DNA of 64,000 bases from Thermoproteota archaeon (GCA_026986575.1 JALSOH010000006.1:440153-504152), one strand, 5' to 3'. Shown: positions 48,326 through 58,559, counted from the stretch's first letter. Made by a program: numbers and translations. The notes: generated from the letters alone by a model not told the origin.

Positions 48326-51085
48326 TCATGACTTCAACATCTTCCTCAGGACGTACTGCAGTATGCCGCCGTGCCTGTAGTACTCCACCTCCACATGGGT
48401 GTCGAGCCTCGCCCTCACCTTGAACTCCACCACGCTCCCATCCGGCTTGGTAGCCCTCACAGTCAGTATCTTCCCTGGCTCCATTGCCTCCCCTATCCCC
48501 AGTATGTCGTAGACCTCGTCTCCTTTCAACCCGAGGCTGCGCCAGCTCTCGCCTTCCATGAACTGGAGCGGGAGGACACCCATCCCCACAAGATTGCTCC
48601 TGTGGATCCTCTCGAAGCTCTCCGCTATGACCGCCTTGACCCCGAGCAGGGCGGTGCACTTGGCCGCCCAGTCCCTGCTGCTCCCGGTCCCGTACTGCTT
48701 CCCTGCTATGACTATAAGGGGTGTGCCCTCCTTCCTATACCTCATGGCCGCATCGTATATCCACATCCTCTCCCCTGTGGGCCAGTAGATGGTCTTACCA
48801 CCCTCCTCTTCCACCAGCAGGTTCCTTATCCTGACGTTACTGAAGCACCCCCGGTTCATCACCTCGTGGTTGCCCCTCCTGCTGCCGAAAGTGTTGAACT
48901 CCTCCGGCTTCACTCCATGCTCGATCAGGTACTTCCCAGCGGGGCTCTCGACTGGTATCGCGCCGGCAGGGCTTATGTGGTCCGTGGTGACCCTGTCGCC
49001 GAACAGGGCAAGGACTCTAGCTCCTCTTATGTCCTTCGGCTCCGGAGACTCGAGACCCATTCCCTCGAAGAACGGGGGTTTCTTTATGTAGGTGCTCCTC
49101 GGGTCCCAAGAGTAGAGATCGCCGCTGGGAGCCTGGAGGGACTCCCACCTCTCGTCCCCCTTGAAGACGTCCTTGTACTTCTCCTTAAAGAGCTCAGGAT
49201 CCAGAGCGCGCTCCACTGCCTCCTTCAGCTCTTCCTGCGTGGGCCATATGTCCCTGAGGTAGACCGGCTGCCCGTTGGGGTCGTAGGCCAAGGGCTCCCT
49301 AGTCAGGTCTATGTCCATCCTGCCAGCTATGGCGTAAGCGACTACGAGAGGTGGGCTCGCCAGGAAGTTGCCCCTCGAAAGCGGATGGATCCTTCCACTG
49401 AAGTTCCTGTTTCCGCTAAGTACTGAAACGGCGTACAGGTCATGCTCCTTTATGGCCCTCTCTACCTCGGGGCGGAGGGGACCACTGTTCCCTATGCAGG
49501 TAGTGCACCCGTAACCCACGACGTGAAACCTTAAGGCCTCCAAATAGGGGAGCAGGCCAGCTTGCCTGAGGTAATCGGTGACCACCCTGCTCCCAGGAGC
49601 AAGGCTGGTCTTCACCCATGGCTTGGTCCTCAGACCTCTCTCCACAGCCTTCTTCGCGAGCAGGCCGGCGCCGAGCATGACAGTTGGGTTACTGGTGTTA
49701 GTGCAGCTGGTTATCGCCGCTATGATCACGCTCCCATGCCTGAGAACGACCTCCTCCCCCTCCACGGTAATGGGAACTCCCTCTGTTGCTGATTCGCCTG
49801 ATGGACTGGGTCCTCCTTCCGAGGCATAGGCGGCTTGTTCCTCCGTCTCCACATGATAACCTAAGGCCTCTAAGTATGCTTTCAGTATCTTCAGGAACCT
49901 CTCCTTCGCCTCCTTGAGAGGTATCCTGTCCTCCGGATGGCTGGGTCCCGATATGCTCGGCTCCACCTGACTCATATCCACCTCAACGACATCGCTGTAC
50001 ACGGGCTCGGGAGCCCCGGGCTCCCTGAACAACATGTTCGCCTTGGTATACCTCTCCACCAGTTCCACATGCGAGGGGTCCCTGCCGGTGCGCTGGAGGA
50101 AGTTGAGTGTGGCCTCGTCGACCGGGAAGAAGCCCATTGTCGCCCCGTACTCTGGGCTCATGTTCGCTATGGTCGCCCTGTCGGGGACGCTGAGCTTCTC
50201 CACGCCGGGCCCGAAGTACTCCACGAACTTGCCCACCACACCCTTCTTCCTGAGGACCTCGGTGATCGTGAGGACCAGATCCGTGGGGGTCGCCCCTTCC
50301 GGCAGCTCCCCTACTAGCTTGACCCCTATGACCTCGGGGAGGACCATGTAGTAGGGCTGTCCCAGCATCGCCGCCTCGGCCCCTATACCGCCGACTCCCC
50401 ACCCCATGACGCCCAGTCCGTTGATCATGGTTGTGTGACTGTCAGTTCCTAGGACGGAGTCGGGGTAAAGGGTGGACTCGCCCCTGAACTCCCTGAGGTG
50501 AACGACCTTAGCTAGGTACTCGAGGTTCACCTGGTGGATTATCCCCCTACCCGGAGGCACGACCCTGAAGTTGGAGAAGGCCTTCTGGGCCCACTTTAGC
50601 AGGTTGTACCTCTCCTTGTTCCTCTCGAACTCAAGCTCCATGTTCTTGGCTAGTGCGTATAGGGTCCCGAAGAAGTCCACCTGCACGCTGTGATCGATTA
50701 TCAGGTCGGCCGGTATCAGAGGATTGACCTTTCCCGGATCTCCTCCCAGCTCTCTCATTGCATCCCTCATGGCCGCGAGGTCAACGACAGCCGGCACCCC
50801 AGTGAAGTCCTGCATGACTATCCTAGCAGGCATGAACGGGATTTCGGTTTTGCCCTGCTTCTCCTCCCACAGGGCGACCTTCTCGACATCCTCTCCCCTG
50901 ACCACGTGCCCATCGTAATTCCTCAGGACGTTCTCCAGCAGTATCCTTATGCTGTAGGGGAGCCTGCTGACCTCAACCAGCCCTTCCTCCTCCAAGTGGC
51001 GGAGGCTCCAGAACTTGGCCTTTCCCGAGTTGACATCCATGTAATCGACAAGATGGGAGGGGTTGATGTCAGCCAAATCGATCAC
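48326..51085 (-). CDS. acnA: Aconitate hydratase A
   Basis: QDFTGVP, IDHSVQ, GTDSHT, SCTNTSNP, GCTTCIGNSG, TTDHISPAG, GSSRDWAAK. Confidence 0.98.
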   Translation of the reverse strand: MIDLADINPSHLVDYMDVNSGKAKFWSLRHLEEEGLVEVSRLPYSIRILLENVLRNYDGHVVRGEDVEKVALWEEKQGKTEIPFMPARIVMQDFTGVPAVVDLAAMRDAMRELGGDPGKVNPLIPADLIIDHSVQVDFFGTLYALAKNMELEFERNKERYNLLKWAQKAFSNFRVVPPGRGIIHQVNLEYLAKVVHLREFRGESTLYPDSVLGTDSHTTMINGLGVMGWGVGGIGAEAAMLGQPYYMVLPEVIGVKLVGELPEGATPTDLVLTITEVLRKKGVVGKFVEYFGPGVEKLSVPDRATIANMSPEYGATMGFFPVDEATLNFLQRTGRDPSHVELVERYTKANMLFREPGAPEPVYSDVVEVDMSQVEPSISGPSHPEDRIPLKEAKERFLKILKAYLEALGYHVETEEQAAYASEGGPSPSGESATEGVPITVEGEEVVLRHGSVIIAAITSCTNTSNPTVMLGAGLLAKKAVERGLRTKPWVKTSLAPGSRVVTDYLRQAGLLPYLEALRFHVVGYGCTTCIGNSGPLRPEVERAIKEHDLYAVSVLSGNRNFSGRIHPLSRGNFLASPPLVVAYAIAGRMDIDLTREPLAYDPNGQPVYLRDIWPTQEELKEAVERALDPELFKEKYKDVFKGDERWESLQAPSGDLYSWDPRSTYIKKPPFFEGMGLESPEPKDIRGARVLALFGDRVTTDHISPAGAIPVESPAGKYLIEHGVKPEEFNTFGSRRGNHEVMNRGCFSNVRIRNLLVEEEGGKTIYWPTGERMWIYDAAMRYRKEGTPLIVIAGKQYGTGSSRDWAAKCTALLGVKAVIAESFERIHRSNLVGMGVLPLQFMEGESWRSLGLKGDEVYDILGIGEAMEPGKILTVRATKPDGSVVEFKVRARLDTHVEVEYYRHGGILQYVLRKMLKS

Positions 51086-51173
51086 CTCTAGAGGGTGGAC
51101 CCTACTCCTAAAAATGATGAGTCACCGGTACAGTAAAATCCTGCGGTATCTCGTACCATCGGAGGATGGCTCC

Positions 51174-51665
51174 ATGTCTGATCCCTGCCGCTTCAGGCCT
51201 ATAGGTGTTATCAGGACCGACGCCAGCGACGAGGAGGTAAAGTTAAGCTATGAGGGGGTCAAAGGATATGTTGAGGTGTTTCCTGAGTTCTCTGAGGGTC
51301 TCAGAGGTGTGGAGGGTTTTTCTCATCTGATACTGATCACCTGCCTGCACAAGGTCTCGGAGGAGCAGAGGAAGGTCTTGGTGGTCAGGCCTAGGAGGCT
51401 GGTGAGGTTCGGACTATCCTTGGAGGAGCTGCCCGAGATTGGGGTGTTCGCATCAGATTCCCCCCACAGACCCAATCCCATAGGCCTCCACGTTGTGAGG
51501 CTAGATGGGGTTGAGGGTAACAGGCTCTCGGTCTCGGGGCTGGACACCTTCGACGGAACGCCGGTACTCGACATAAAACCCTACACGATCTCTAGGTTGG
51601 TGGAGAGACCCAGCTATCCGGAGTGGTACGAGGAGCTGAGGAGGAGAACTGGCAGGGAAGTATAG
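51174..51665 (+). CDS. tsaA: tRNA m6t6A37 methyltransferase TsaA/TrmO
   Basis: PIG.I, GFSHL, GVFASDSPHRPNPIG, DGTPVLDIKPY; start taken at ATG 51174. Confidence 0.93.
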   Translation: MSDPCRFRPIGVIRTDASDEEVKLSYEGVKGYVEVFPEFSEGLRGVEGFSHLILITCLHKVSEEQRKVLVVRPRRLVRFGLSLEELPEIGVFASDSPHRPNPIGLHVVRLDGVEGNRLSVSGLDTFDGTPVLDIKPYTISRLVERPSYPEWYEELRRRTGREV

Positions 51666-51681
51666 GTCCGGCTCAACACCG

Positions 51682-53646
51682 TCACCTGAACCTGAATAGC
51701 CTTCTTAGGTACTCTACGGCCTCTCTCTCGCTCATCTCTAGGTAGTCCCCCGGGTTCCTCCCCTTGGGATGGGGCCTCACGGTTGAGTACCTGAGGCAGG
51801 TCCTCCTCAACACGTCGAATATCTCATGGGGACCGAGCAACCTCTCCAGAACTTCCAGATCCTCCATGAGGGGCAGGGACCCCCCGAAATCCCTCCTGAA
51901 CCAGTGGCCGACAGTGTGTCTATAGGAGGGAGGGAAGGCGTCCACCACGTCCCTCACTCTCAATCCCCTCTCCCTTCTCAGGACGTTCAGGTAGAGGGCT
52001 GCTAACGGCTGATCAATCTTGAAGAGCCTCCCCCTAACGAAATAGTCGCCTATTATTAGCTTTCTTGCCCCGGGAGATGCCCCCCAGTTGATCCTCTCCA
52101 GCCCGGAGAACTTGCTGTTCGCGGAGCCGTTCGCCCCTCTGACCAACCTGACTGAGGATGTTGGATGAGTCATCTCCACCTCGAGCTCAGGCAGCGTGTC
52201 CGCACTAATCCATAACTGGGAGCCGCAACTGGGACACCTGCCGTTGAGGGGATCGAACTCCAAGGGTGCGCCGCACGCGGGACACCTCAGCTCAACCTTG
52301 GTCTCGGATCTGGGGTGCAAGACGAACTCCTTCGTGAGGGACCCGTCCGACCACTCGACCTCAACCTCCCTGACGAAACCTTCCTCGTACCTGCTCAACA
52401 CCTTAGCAACGGTTCCTCTCCTCCTGACCTTGGACATAGAATCCCTGACCTCCATTCCTACGGGATCCGCCCTGTAACTCTCCTTGGTCTTGGGAGGAGC
52501 TCTAAGAGCATCTAGGTTGAACCTGTAACTGACCCTCTTGGTGTCCCTAGCCATCACGAAGATGGGAAACCACTTCTCGCCTTGGGAGATGACAACCATG
52601 TTCCGGAGGACATACCCGTACTTTAGCATCGCAGATGGAAGGCAGAGATCTCCCAATTCCCACTTCTTAACCCCTAGGAGGAAGAGGGCGTCCTCCCTGT
52701 GGCTCGACAGGAACTCCTCAGTGGTCATGCCCCTGAGTACGGAGGCGAAATCGAAGCTGTTGGAAGCCACGTGAATCTCTCCTCTAGGATCGCTCCTCAG
52801 CACCACTGGATCCACAGCCGGAAGACCCACGTTTCCAGCGGGCTTCCATCGGTAGCTCTCCTCCCCAACTCGCACCTCCTCGAAGTCCTTTACCCTATGC
52901 CTGATGATCTCGACGAACTCCTCGCCCCTCTCTATCATGATCCATTTGGCTTCTACACCCATTCCCTCTAGAACGGCGGCTACTGTTCCAGTACCAGCGA
53001 AAGGATCTAAGACAACGTCGCCTTCCCTCAACCTCACCCTCCTGACCAGCTCCCTCACCAATCCTCCAGGGAAGACGGCCGTATGCTTCCAAGGCGTCTG
53101 CTCCAGCCTGACTTTGATCACCGAGCTTCCGCCCCTATACGCGCTGTTCTCAGACTTGGTGAGCACGAGCACTGGCTCGTAGGTGTTAGTGAACCTGTCC
53201 CTAGCTGGGGACGGCATGTGGTTGATCTTGTACCAGATGATGATGTCCTGGAGGTGCCATCCTCTCCTCACCATCTCCCCAGCCAGCCTGTAGGGTATCT
53301 GGAGGAGGTGCGATTTACCGTACTTCGGGAGGTACTTGTCCCCCACATTGAGGAAGAACACCCCGTCGGGAGTGAGTTTCTCCCTCAACAGATCGAATAT
53401 CGCGACTAACCTCCCTATGTAATCCTCGGGGGTCCTCTCCTGACCTATCTGTCCATCGAAACCGTAGTCCCGCTGTTTCCAGTATGGCGGGGACGTCACG
53501 GCCAGCCTCACGGATTCCGAGGGGACCTTCTTCAGTGCAGCGTACACATCCCCGTGGAGCAGGAGGTTTTTCACATCGGAGAGTCGAGGGTCATCCCTAA
53601 AAGCGTGATTCGGCTCCCGTCGCAGGGCAACAGTAATTAGCTCCAC
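51682..53646 (-). CDS. Beta-class N4C/N6A DNA methyltransferase with long C-terminal extension
   Basis: Motif IV VTSPPY precedes motif I VLDPFAGTGT; H.AVFP; C-terminal half has CPAC..CPSC and HPKGRNPGD. Confidence 0.9.
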   Translation of the reverse strand: MELITVALRREPNHAFRDDPRLSDVKNLLLHGDVYAALKKVPSESVRLAVTSPPYWKQRDYGFDGQIGQERTPEDYIGRLVAIFDLLREKLTPDGVFFLNVGDKYLPKYGKSHLLQIPYRLAGEMVRRGWHLQDIIIWYKINHMPSPARDRFTNTYEPVLVLTKSENSAYRGGSSVIKVRLEQTPWKHTAVFPGGLVRELVRRVRLREGDVVLDPFAGTGTVAAVLEGMGVEAKWIMIERGEEFVEIIRHRVKDFEEVRVGEESYRWKPAGNVGLPAVDPVVLRSDPRGEIHVASNSFDFASVLRGMTTEEFLSSHREDALFLLGVKKWELGDLCLPSAMLKYGYVLRNMVVISQGEKWFPIFVMARDTKRVSYRFNLDALRAPPKTKESYRADPVGMEVRDSMSKVRRRGTVAKVLSRYEEGFVREVEVEWSDGSLTKEFVLHPRSETKVELRCPACGAPLEFDPLNGRCPSCGSQLWISADTLPELEVEMTHPTSSVRLVRGANGSANSKFSGLERINWGASPGARKLIIGDYFVRGRLFKIDQPLAALYLNVLRRERGLRVRDVVDAFPPSYRHTVGHWFRRDFGGSLPLMEDLEVLERLLGPHEIFDVLRRTCLRYSTVRPHPKGRNPGDYLEMSEREAVEYLRRLFRFR

Positions 53647-53662
53647 CTTCGCCAGACCTCCG

Positions 53663-54523
53663 ATGGACTACGTAGCTGTGGGTCACATCACCGTGGACGA
53701 GCTGGACGGGCTCGTTCGGCTGGGTGGAGGAGTCTCTTATGGATCGGCCTTCGCCGCTGGCTTGGGACTCTCAGCCAAGGTGGTGTCCAGGGTCGGCACC
53801 GACCTGACTGATGAGCTGCTCCGCCCCCTCATGGAGGTGGGGGTGGACCTGAGTGGCGTGAGGAGGGCGTGCGGGAGGACGACGAGGTTCGTCATTAGGC
53901 TGAGAGAGATCAGCGAGGTCTCAGGGCTTGCGTACAGATGCGATCCCATCTCCCCCTCAGATCTTGAGGGAGTAGAGGCGGGAGTGATCCACTTGGCTCC
54001 AGTGGCCCGGGAGGTGAGCAGGGAAGTAGCATTCGCAGCTATCAACTCGGGATCCTTGGTTCTGTTGGACCTGCAGGGCGTGATAAGGACCTTCGATGAC
54101 GGGTTGAGGCTCGATGGCAGGCTAGCTGAGGAGTTCGAGGGCCTCGATCTCGTGGTGCATGCCAACCTCCAAGAGACGAGGGCCATCACCGGGGAGGATA
54201 ATCCTATGAACGCGGCGGAGCGCCTCTCCTCCATGTTCTGGATGTCTTCGGTCACTTTGGGGAGGAGGGGGGCGGTGATATCATCGCCTGAGGGGTTCGT
54301 GATGGCTGAGGGACCGGAGGTAGATTCCCTAGATGATGTCGGTGCTGGGGATGTCTTCACCGCAGCGCTGGGGATAGCGCTGTGGAGGGGCTACTCCTTG
54401 GAGGATGCCGCTAGGTTCTCCGTGGCGGCGGCTGCCGCCTCGACAAGGAGGAGAGGGCCCGCCCCAGTACCTCGGGAGGAAGTGGAGTCACTCATGCCCG
54501 AAGTCGAGGTATCATGGCTCTGA
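53663..54523 (+). CDS. PfkB/ribokinase-family kinase
   Basis: GH.TVD, GGG..Y, VTLG.RG, D.VGAGDVF. Confidence 0.92.
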   Translation: MDYVAVGHITVDELDGLVRLGGGVSYGSAFAAGLGLSAKVVSRVGTDLTDELLRPLMEVGVDLSGVRRACGRTTRFVIRLREISEVSGLAYRCDPISPSDLEGVEAGVIHLAPVAREVSREVAFAAINSGSLVLLDLQGVIRTFDDGLRLDGRLAEEFEGLDLVVHANLQETRAITGEDNPMNAAERLSSMFWMSSVTLGRRGAVISSPEGFVMAEGPEVDSLDDVGAGDVFTAALGIALWRGYSLEDAARFSVAAAAASTRRRGPAPVPREEVESLMPEVEVSWL

Positions 54524-54531
54524 GCTAGTAA

Positions 54532-54556
54532 ACTTTAAAGTAGTATACTTTAGAGT
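54532..54556. promoter_or_regulatory. Inverted-repeat operator upstream of the ATPase gene
   Basis: ACTTTAAAGTA-GTA-TACTTTAGAGT: 11-bp arms with one mismatch, 6 bp before the start. Confidence 0.55.
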
Positions 54557-54562
54557 ATAATT

Positions 54563-55909
54563 GTGATCGGGAGGTTCGTAAACAGGGAGAGGGAGCTGGA
54601 GTTCCTTGAAAGGGCCTACAGATCCCCAATACCCCAGCTGTTGGTTATCTACGGAAGGAGGAGGATAGGAAAGACTGAGCTGGTCCTGAGGTTCCTGAGG
54701 GACAAGCCCCACATCTATTACTTGGCCGACTTGGAGTCGGGACTCTCCCAGCTAAAGAGGTTCAAGAGGTCCGCCGAGGTCCTGCTGCAGGACGAGACCT
54801 TCAGAAGGGCAGAGTTCAGGAACTGGGAGGACCTGTTCGTTGCCCTCTTGGACAGTTGGGGGAGTGAAAGGAGGCTCGTAATAGCCATAGACGAATTCCC
54901 GAACTTGGTGAGGGTGAATCCGGCATTTCCCTCTATATTACAGAGGGTGTGGGACCTCTACCTCTCTAGGGCAGATATGATGCTCATACTCACGGGTTCA
55001 TCCGTCTCCTTGATGGAGGACGAGGTCCTCAGCTCCAAGTCTCCCCTCTACGGCAGGAGAACGGGTCAATGGAAGCTGGGACCAATCAGCCCTGAATACC
55101 TAGGGGAATTCCTTCCCTATAAGGAGGAAGATCTGGCGAGGACCTACGGGGTGACCGGTGGGGTCCCCCATTACCTCAACCTGTTCGACCCCAACCTCCC
55201 TTTCTGGGACAATGTGGAGAGGCTGGCCCTGAGCAAGGGAGGGTTCCTGTACGAGGAAGCTGACTTCCTGCTCAGGGAGGAGCTAAGGGACCCCTCGAAC
55301 TACAAGAGCATCTTGGAGGCTCTGGCCAGGGGTGCTATGAGACTGGGGGAAGTGTGTAACCTGACGGGACTTGACAGGGGGCTCGTGTCCAAGTACCTCA
55401 GCGTCTTAGAGAGGTTGGATGTGGTGGCGGGGGAGAGGCCCTACGGCTCAGGCCCCAAGAGTAGGAGGAAGAGGTATAGGATAAGGGACCCCTACATGAG
55501 GTTCTACTTCAGGTACATCCAGCCCAACAAGTGGATGATAGAATCCGGCCTCGGAAGCGAGCTGAGGAGGGAGGTCGAGGCCGATTACGACAACTTCATG
55601 GGTCCCACGATGGAAGAGATATGCAGAGAGGTGCTCCCACGCCGATTCAGCGCCAGGAGGGTTGGGAAGTGGTGGAGCGGGGAAGGGGATCTGGATCTGA
55701 TTATGAAGGGCGCGAAAACCGTGGTGGTCGAGTGCAAATGGGGAACGGCTAGGGTTAGGAATGAGGTCCGAAGGATGAGAAGGTTGACCTCAATAGTGGG
55801 GATCAGAACTGACCTTTACGCGATAGTAGCCAAGAGATTAGAGGGAAGGCCCGGGAGTGGTGTGAAGCTCATCTCCTTAAGGGAGCTGCTGAGCCCTCCT
55901 AAACTTTAA
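54563..55909 (+). CDS. Archaeal AAA ATPase with wHTH and DUF234 / PD-(D/E)xK domain
   Basis: FVNREREL, YGRRRIGKT, IDEFP, LTGSS, PLYGRRT, TGGVPHY, GKWW...DLD...ECKW. Confidence 0.93.
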   Translation: MIGRFVNRERELEFLERAYRSPIPQLLVIYGRRRIGKTELVLRFLRDKPHIYYLADLESGLSQLKRFKRSAEVLLQDETFRRAEFRNWEDLFVALLDSWGSERRLVIAIDEFPNLVRVNPAFPSILQRVWDLYLSRADMMLILTGSSVSLMEDEVLSSKSPLYGRRTGQWKLGPISPEYLGEFLPYKEEDLARTYGVTGGVPHYLNLFDPNLPFWDNVERLALSKGGFLYEEADFLLREELRDPSNYKSILEALARGAMRLGEVCNLTGLDRGLVSKYLSVLERLDVVAGERPYGSGPKSRRKRYRIRDPYMRFYFRYIQPNKWMIESGLGSELRREVEADYDNFMGPTMEEICREVLPRRFSARRVGKWWSGEGDLDLIMKGAKTVVVECKWGTARVRNEVRRMRRLTSIVGIRTDLYAIVAKRLEGRPGSGVKLISLRELLSPPKL

Positions 55910-55938
55910 GAAATTTAACTTTTTTAGATATAACTAAG

Positions 55939-56331
55939 GTGATGGGAACGGGTCTCTCCGACGAGGAGAAGGAGGAAATCAAGAGGAAGGTCATAGAAGC
56001 ACTCAAAACAGTTTATGACCCTGAGATACCGGTTAATGTCTACGATCTGGGTCTAGTTTATCGGATAGAGGTTGACGATGAGGGTAACGTGACGGTGGAC
56101 ATGACCCTCACCTCCCCCGGTTGTCCCGTTGCTGAGATGGTGCTGAACATGGCGGAGGCGGCGATCATGGAGAGACTACCCGGTCGTGAGGTGAAAGTTA
56201 ACTTGGTATGGGAGCCCTTTTGGACGCCCGACAGGGTCAATGAGGAGGGTAGGAAGAAGCTCCAGGAGATTTACGGTTACGACTTCGTCGGAGAGTGGTT
56301 GAAGAGGCAGAGGGGTGATCAAGTTGGATAG
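55939..56331 (+). CDS. DUF59 / SufT-MIP18 metal-sulfur cluster assembly factor
   Basis: VYDPEIPVNVYDLGLVY, MTLTSPGCP, LVWEP.WT. Confidence 0.95.
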   Translation: MMGTGLSDEEKEEIKRKVIEALKTVYDPEIPVNVYDLGLVYRIEVDDEGNVTVDMTLTSPGCPVAEMVLNMAEAAIMERLPGREVKVNLVWEPFWTPDRVNEEGRKKLQEIYGYDFVGEWLKRQRGDQVG

Positions 56332-56710
56332 GGACCGGGAATATGTGGCTTACGTGATGAGCCGGCTCGGCTGCGTCCACCCTTTCAGGATCTCCAGAAT
56401 ACTCTTACTGGCCGACTGGCTTTCAATGGAGAGGAAGGGCAGGAGACTCACTAATTTAACCTACGTGAAGGAGGAGTTCGGGTTCTACGTGGAGGAGCTA
56501 ACTGGTATAATGGAAGAGCTGCAGGAGAAGGGGTGTGCGGTCAAGAGAGAGGAGAGGAAATGCCTAGAGTACATGTGCAGCGAGCCGGACATACCGGAGG
56601 AGGACAGGAAGATACTTGAGGAGGTCATATCGGAAGTCAGGGACCTAGATGATAGGGAGCTCAACAGACGCGTGCTCTCCGATCCGAGATACAGGGAGGG
56701 ATCCCCATGA
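56315..56710 (+). CDS. Panacea (DUF4065/SocA)-like domain protein
   Basis: RISRILLLADW......GRRLT...Y....FGFY resembles the DUF4065 pattern KL.KLLY.AD......G..LT...Y....GP. Confidence 0.55.
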   Translation: MIKLDRDREYVAYVMSRLGCVHPFRISRILLLADWLSMERKGRRLTNLTYVKEEFGFYVEELTGIMEELQEKGCAVKREERKCLEYMCSEPDIPEEDRKILEEVISEVRDLDDRELNRRVLSDPRYREGSP

Positions 56711-57573
56711 TCGTCTCGGTATCGGGCGGGAAGGGAGGCACGGGGAAGTCAACAGTCGCCGTCAACTTAGCCATACTGCTGGCCGAGGGAAGGAAGTTGG
56801 TGATGGCCGACTTGGATGTGGAGGACCCCAATGACCACATCTTGCTTGGGGTGAGCTTGGAGGAGGAGAGGCCGGTGAACATAATGCTCCCCTTCATAAG
56901 GTACGATGATTGCATAAAATGCGGCGAGTGTGGACGCGTTTGCGACACCGGGGCCATGCTGATAAGCCCCGATGGCCTCCCCTACGTAATTCCCAGACTG
57001 TGCAGCGGATGCAGGGCATGCTTCTTCGTCTGTCCCACGAAGGCTATAGTTGAGGGTGAGAGGACCATCGGGTACACCTACCACACGGTGGTGGAGAGAG
57101 GGAGCAGGTTCGACTTGGTGACGGGGATGCTGAGGGAGGGCGAGGAACACACGCCTCCTGCTGTTCTGGCGGCGAGGGAGAGGGCCTTCTCTCTGCCCGG
57201 GGACCTCTACTTGGTGGATACATCGGCCGGCACGAGTAACTCAGTAGCCACGGCTATGGACGGCTCTCGTTTGGTAATAGCAGTGACGGAGCCAACTCCC
57301 CTGGGATTGCACGACTTGGAGCTTATACTAAGGCTGACCCAGAAGATGGGAATAGAGACATGGGTCGTTATGAACAGGTCCGGCTTGGGATCAGAGGAGA
57401 GGCACGAGGAAGTGGTGAGGCGCTACGGGTCGGAGATAGTGGCTAGAATACCGTATTCTAGGAGAATAGTGGAGTCCTATGTTAAGGGGGAGCCCATAGT
57501 CCTCCTCCATCCTGACTCGGAGGAGGCTCAGGTGTTCAGGGAGCTGGCGTCCATGGTTGAGGGGGTGATTTGA
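56707..57573 (+). CDS. MinD/ParA-family ATPase with inserted ferredoxin domain (1)
   Basis: GGKGGTGKST, DLDVEDPN, CIKCGECGRVC, CSGCRACFFVCP, VTEPTP.GLHDL. Confidence 0.92.
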   Translation: MIVSVSGGKGGTGKSTVAVNLAILLAEGRKLVMADLDVEDPNDHILLGVSLEEERPVNIMLPFIRYDDCIKCGECGRVCDTGAMLISPDGLPYVIPRLCSGCRACFFVCPTKAIVEGERTIGYTYHTVVERGSRFDLVTGMLREGEEHTPPAVLAARERAFSLPGDLYLVDTSAGTSNSVATAMDGSRLVIAVTEPTPLGLHDLELILRLTQKMGIETWVVMNRSGLGSEERHEEVVRRYGSEIVARIPYSRRIVESYVKGEPIVLLHPDSEEAQVFRELASMVEGVI

Positions 57574-58545
57574 ATGTTGGAGATGGCCATAGCCAGTGGT
57601 AAGGGAGGAGTGGGTAAGTCTACGGTGTCGGCCACGATAGCGATCACGCTGGCGAGGAGGAGGAAGGTGATAGCGGTAGATGCCGACGCCGATGCCCCGA
57701 ACATGCACCTGATACTAGGTTTGAGCGAGGAGTGGGAGTGGGAGCAGCCCTACAGCGAGTCAATGGTGGCTAGGATAGTGACGGAGAAGTGCACAAGGTG
57801 CGGCGAGTGCATGACCGTGTGTCCTTACAAGGCCATATACGTGGATGAAGAGGGCAACTACGTGGTGAATCCTGTAATTTGTGAGGGATGTGAGACCTGC
57901 TCACTCGTCTGTCCAGTTAAAGGGGCGATAGTCAGGGATGAGACACTCTCCGGGATGCTGAGAATGACCAGAACGAGGTACGGGTTCCCTTTGATATCGG
58001 CGAAGCTGGAGCCCGGGAGGCCTAACTCGGGAAAGCTCGTCACAGAGGAGAAGACGAAGGCCAAGGAGATGACCGACGATGACACTGTGATAGTGGTGGA
58101 CTCCGCAGCGGGTATCGGATGTCAAGTCGTGTCCAGCCTCGCGGGGGCTAACATGGCCATTCTCGTGGCAGAACCCACCCCGGCGAGCTTCAACGCCCTG
58201 AAGAGGGTCCACAAGCTCACGAAGCACTTCATGCAACCCGCTGCGGTGGTGATAAACAAGTGGGACATGAACCCCGATCTAGCGGCGGAGATAGAGGCCT
58301 ACGCGAGGGAGAACAACCTCGATATGTTGGGCAAGGTACCCTTCGACGACAGCATACCGAAGAGCATGGCTATGATGGTCCCGGTCACCGAAGCGTTCCC
58401 CGATAGCCCTGCCTCCAAGGCCTTGCTTGAAGTTGCTAGGAGGGTGGAGGCCATCCTAGATGAGTGGTCCTCGTGGTTCATGAGGTTCAGGCCCAAGAAG
58501 CCCGAGCCGTACAGGCCCATCATTATAAAGCCGGAAGGCTTCTGA
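57574..58545 (+). CDS. MinD/ParA-family ATPase with inserted ferredoxin domain (2)
   Basis: SGKGGVGKST, DADADAPN, CTRCGECMTVC, CEGCETCSLVCP, SGKLV, GIGC.V, EPT. Confidence 0.92.
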   Translation: MLEMAIASGKGGVGKSTVSATIAITLARRRKVIAVDADADAPNMHLILGLSEEWEWEQPYSESMVARIVTEKCTRCGECMTVCPYKAIYVDEEGNYVVNPVICEGCETCSLVCPVKGAIVRDETLSGMLRMTRTRYGFPLISAKLEPGRPNSGKLVTEEKTKAKEMTDDDTVIVVDSAAGIGCQVVSSLAGANMAILVAEPTPASFNALKRVHKLTKHFMQPAAVVINKWDMNPDLAAEIEAYARENNLDMLGKVPFDDSIPKSMAMMVPVTEAFPDSPASKALLEVARRVEAILDEWSSWFMRFRPKKPEPYRPIIIKPEGF

Positions 58546-58559
58546 CGGGAGGTGATTCA

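Noticed and set aside
50370-50400. AcnA GVGGIGAE instead of the usual GVGGIEAE
   Set aside because: Single-base change; cluster Cys and catalytic motifs are intact, so there are no grounds for a functional claim.
51114-51181. ATGATGA as a possible C/D sRNA C box
   Set aside because: No properly spaced D'/C' boxes; it lies in the acnA/tsaA divergent promoter region.
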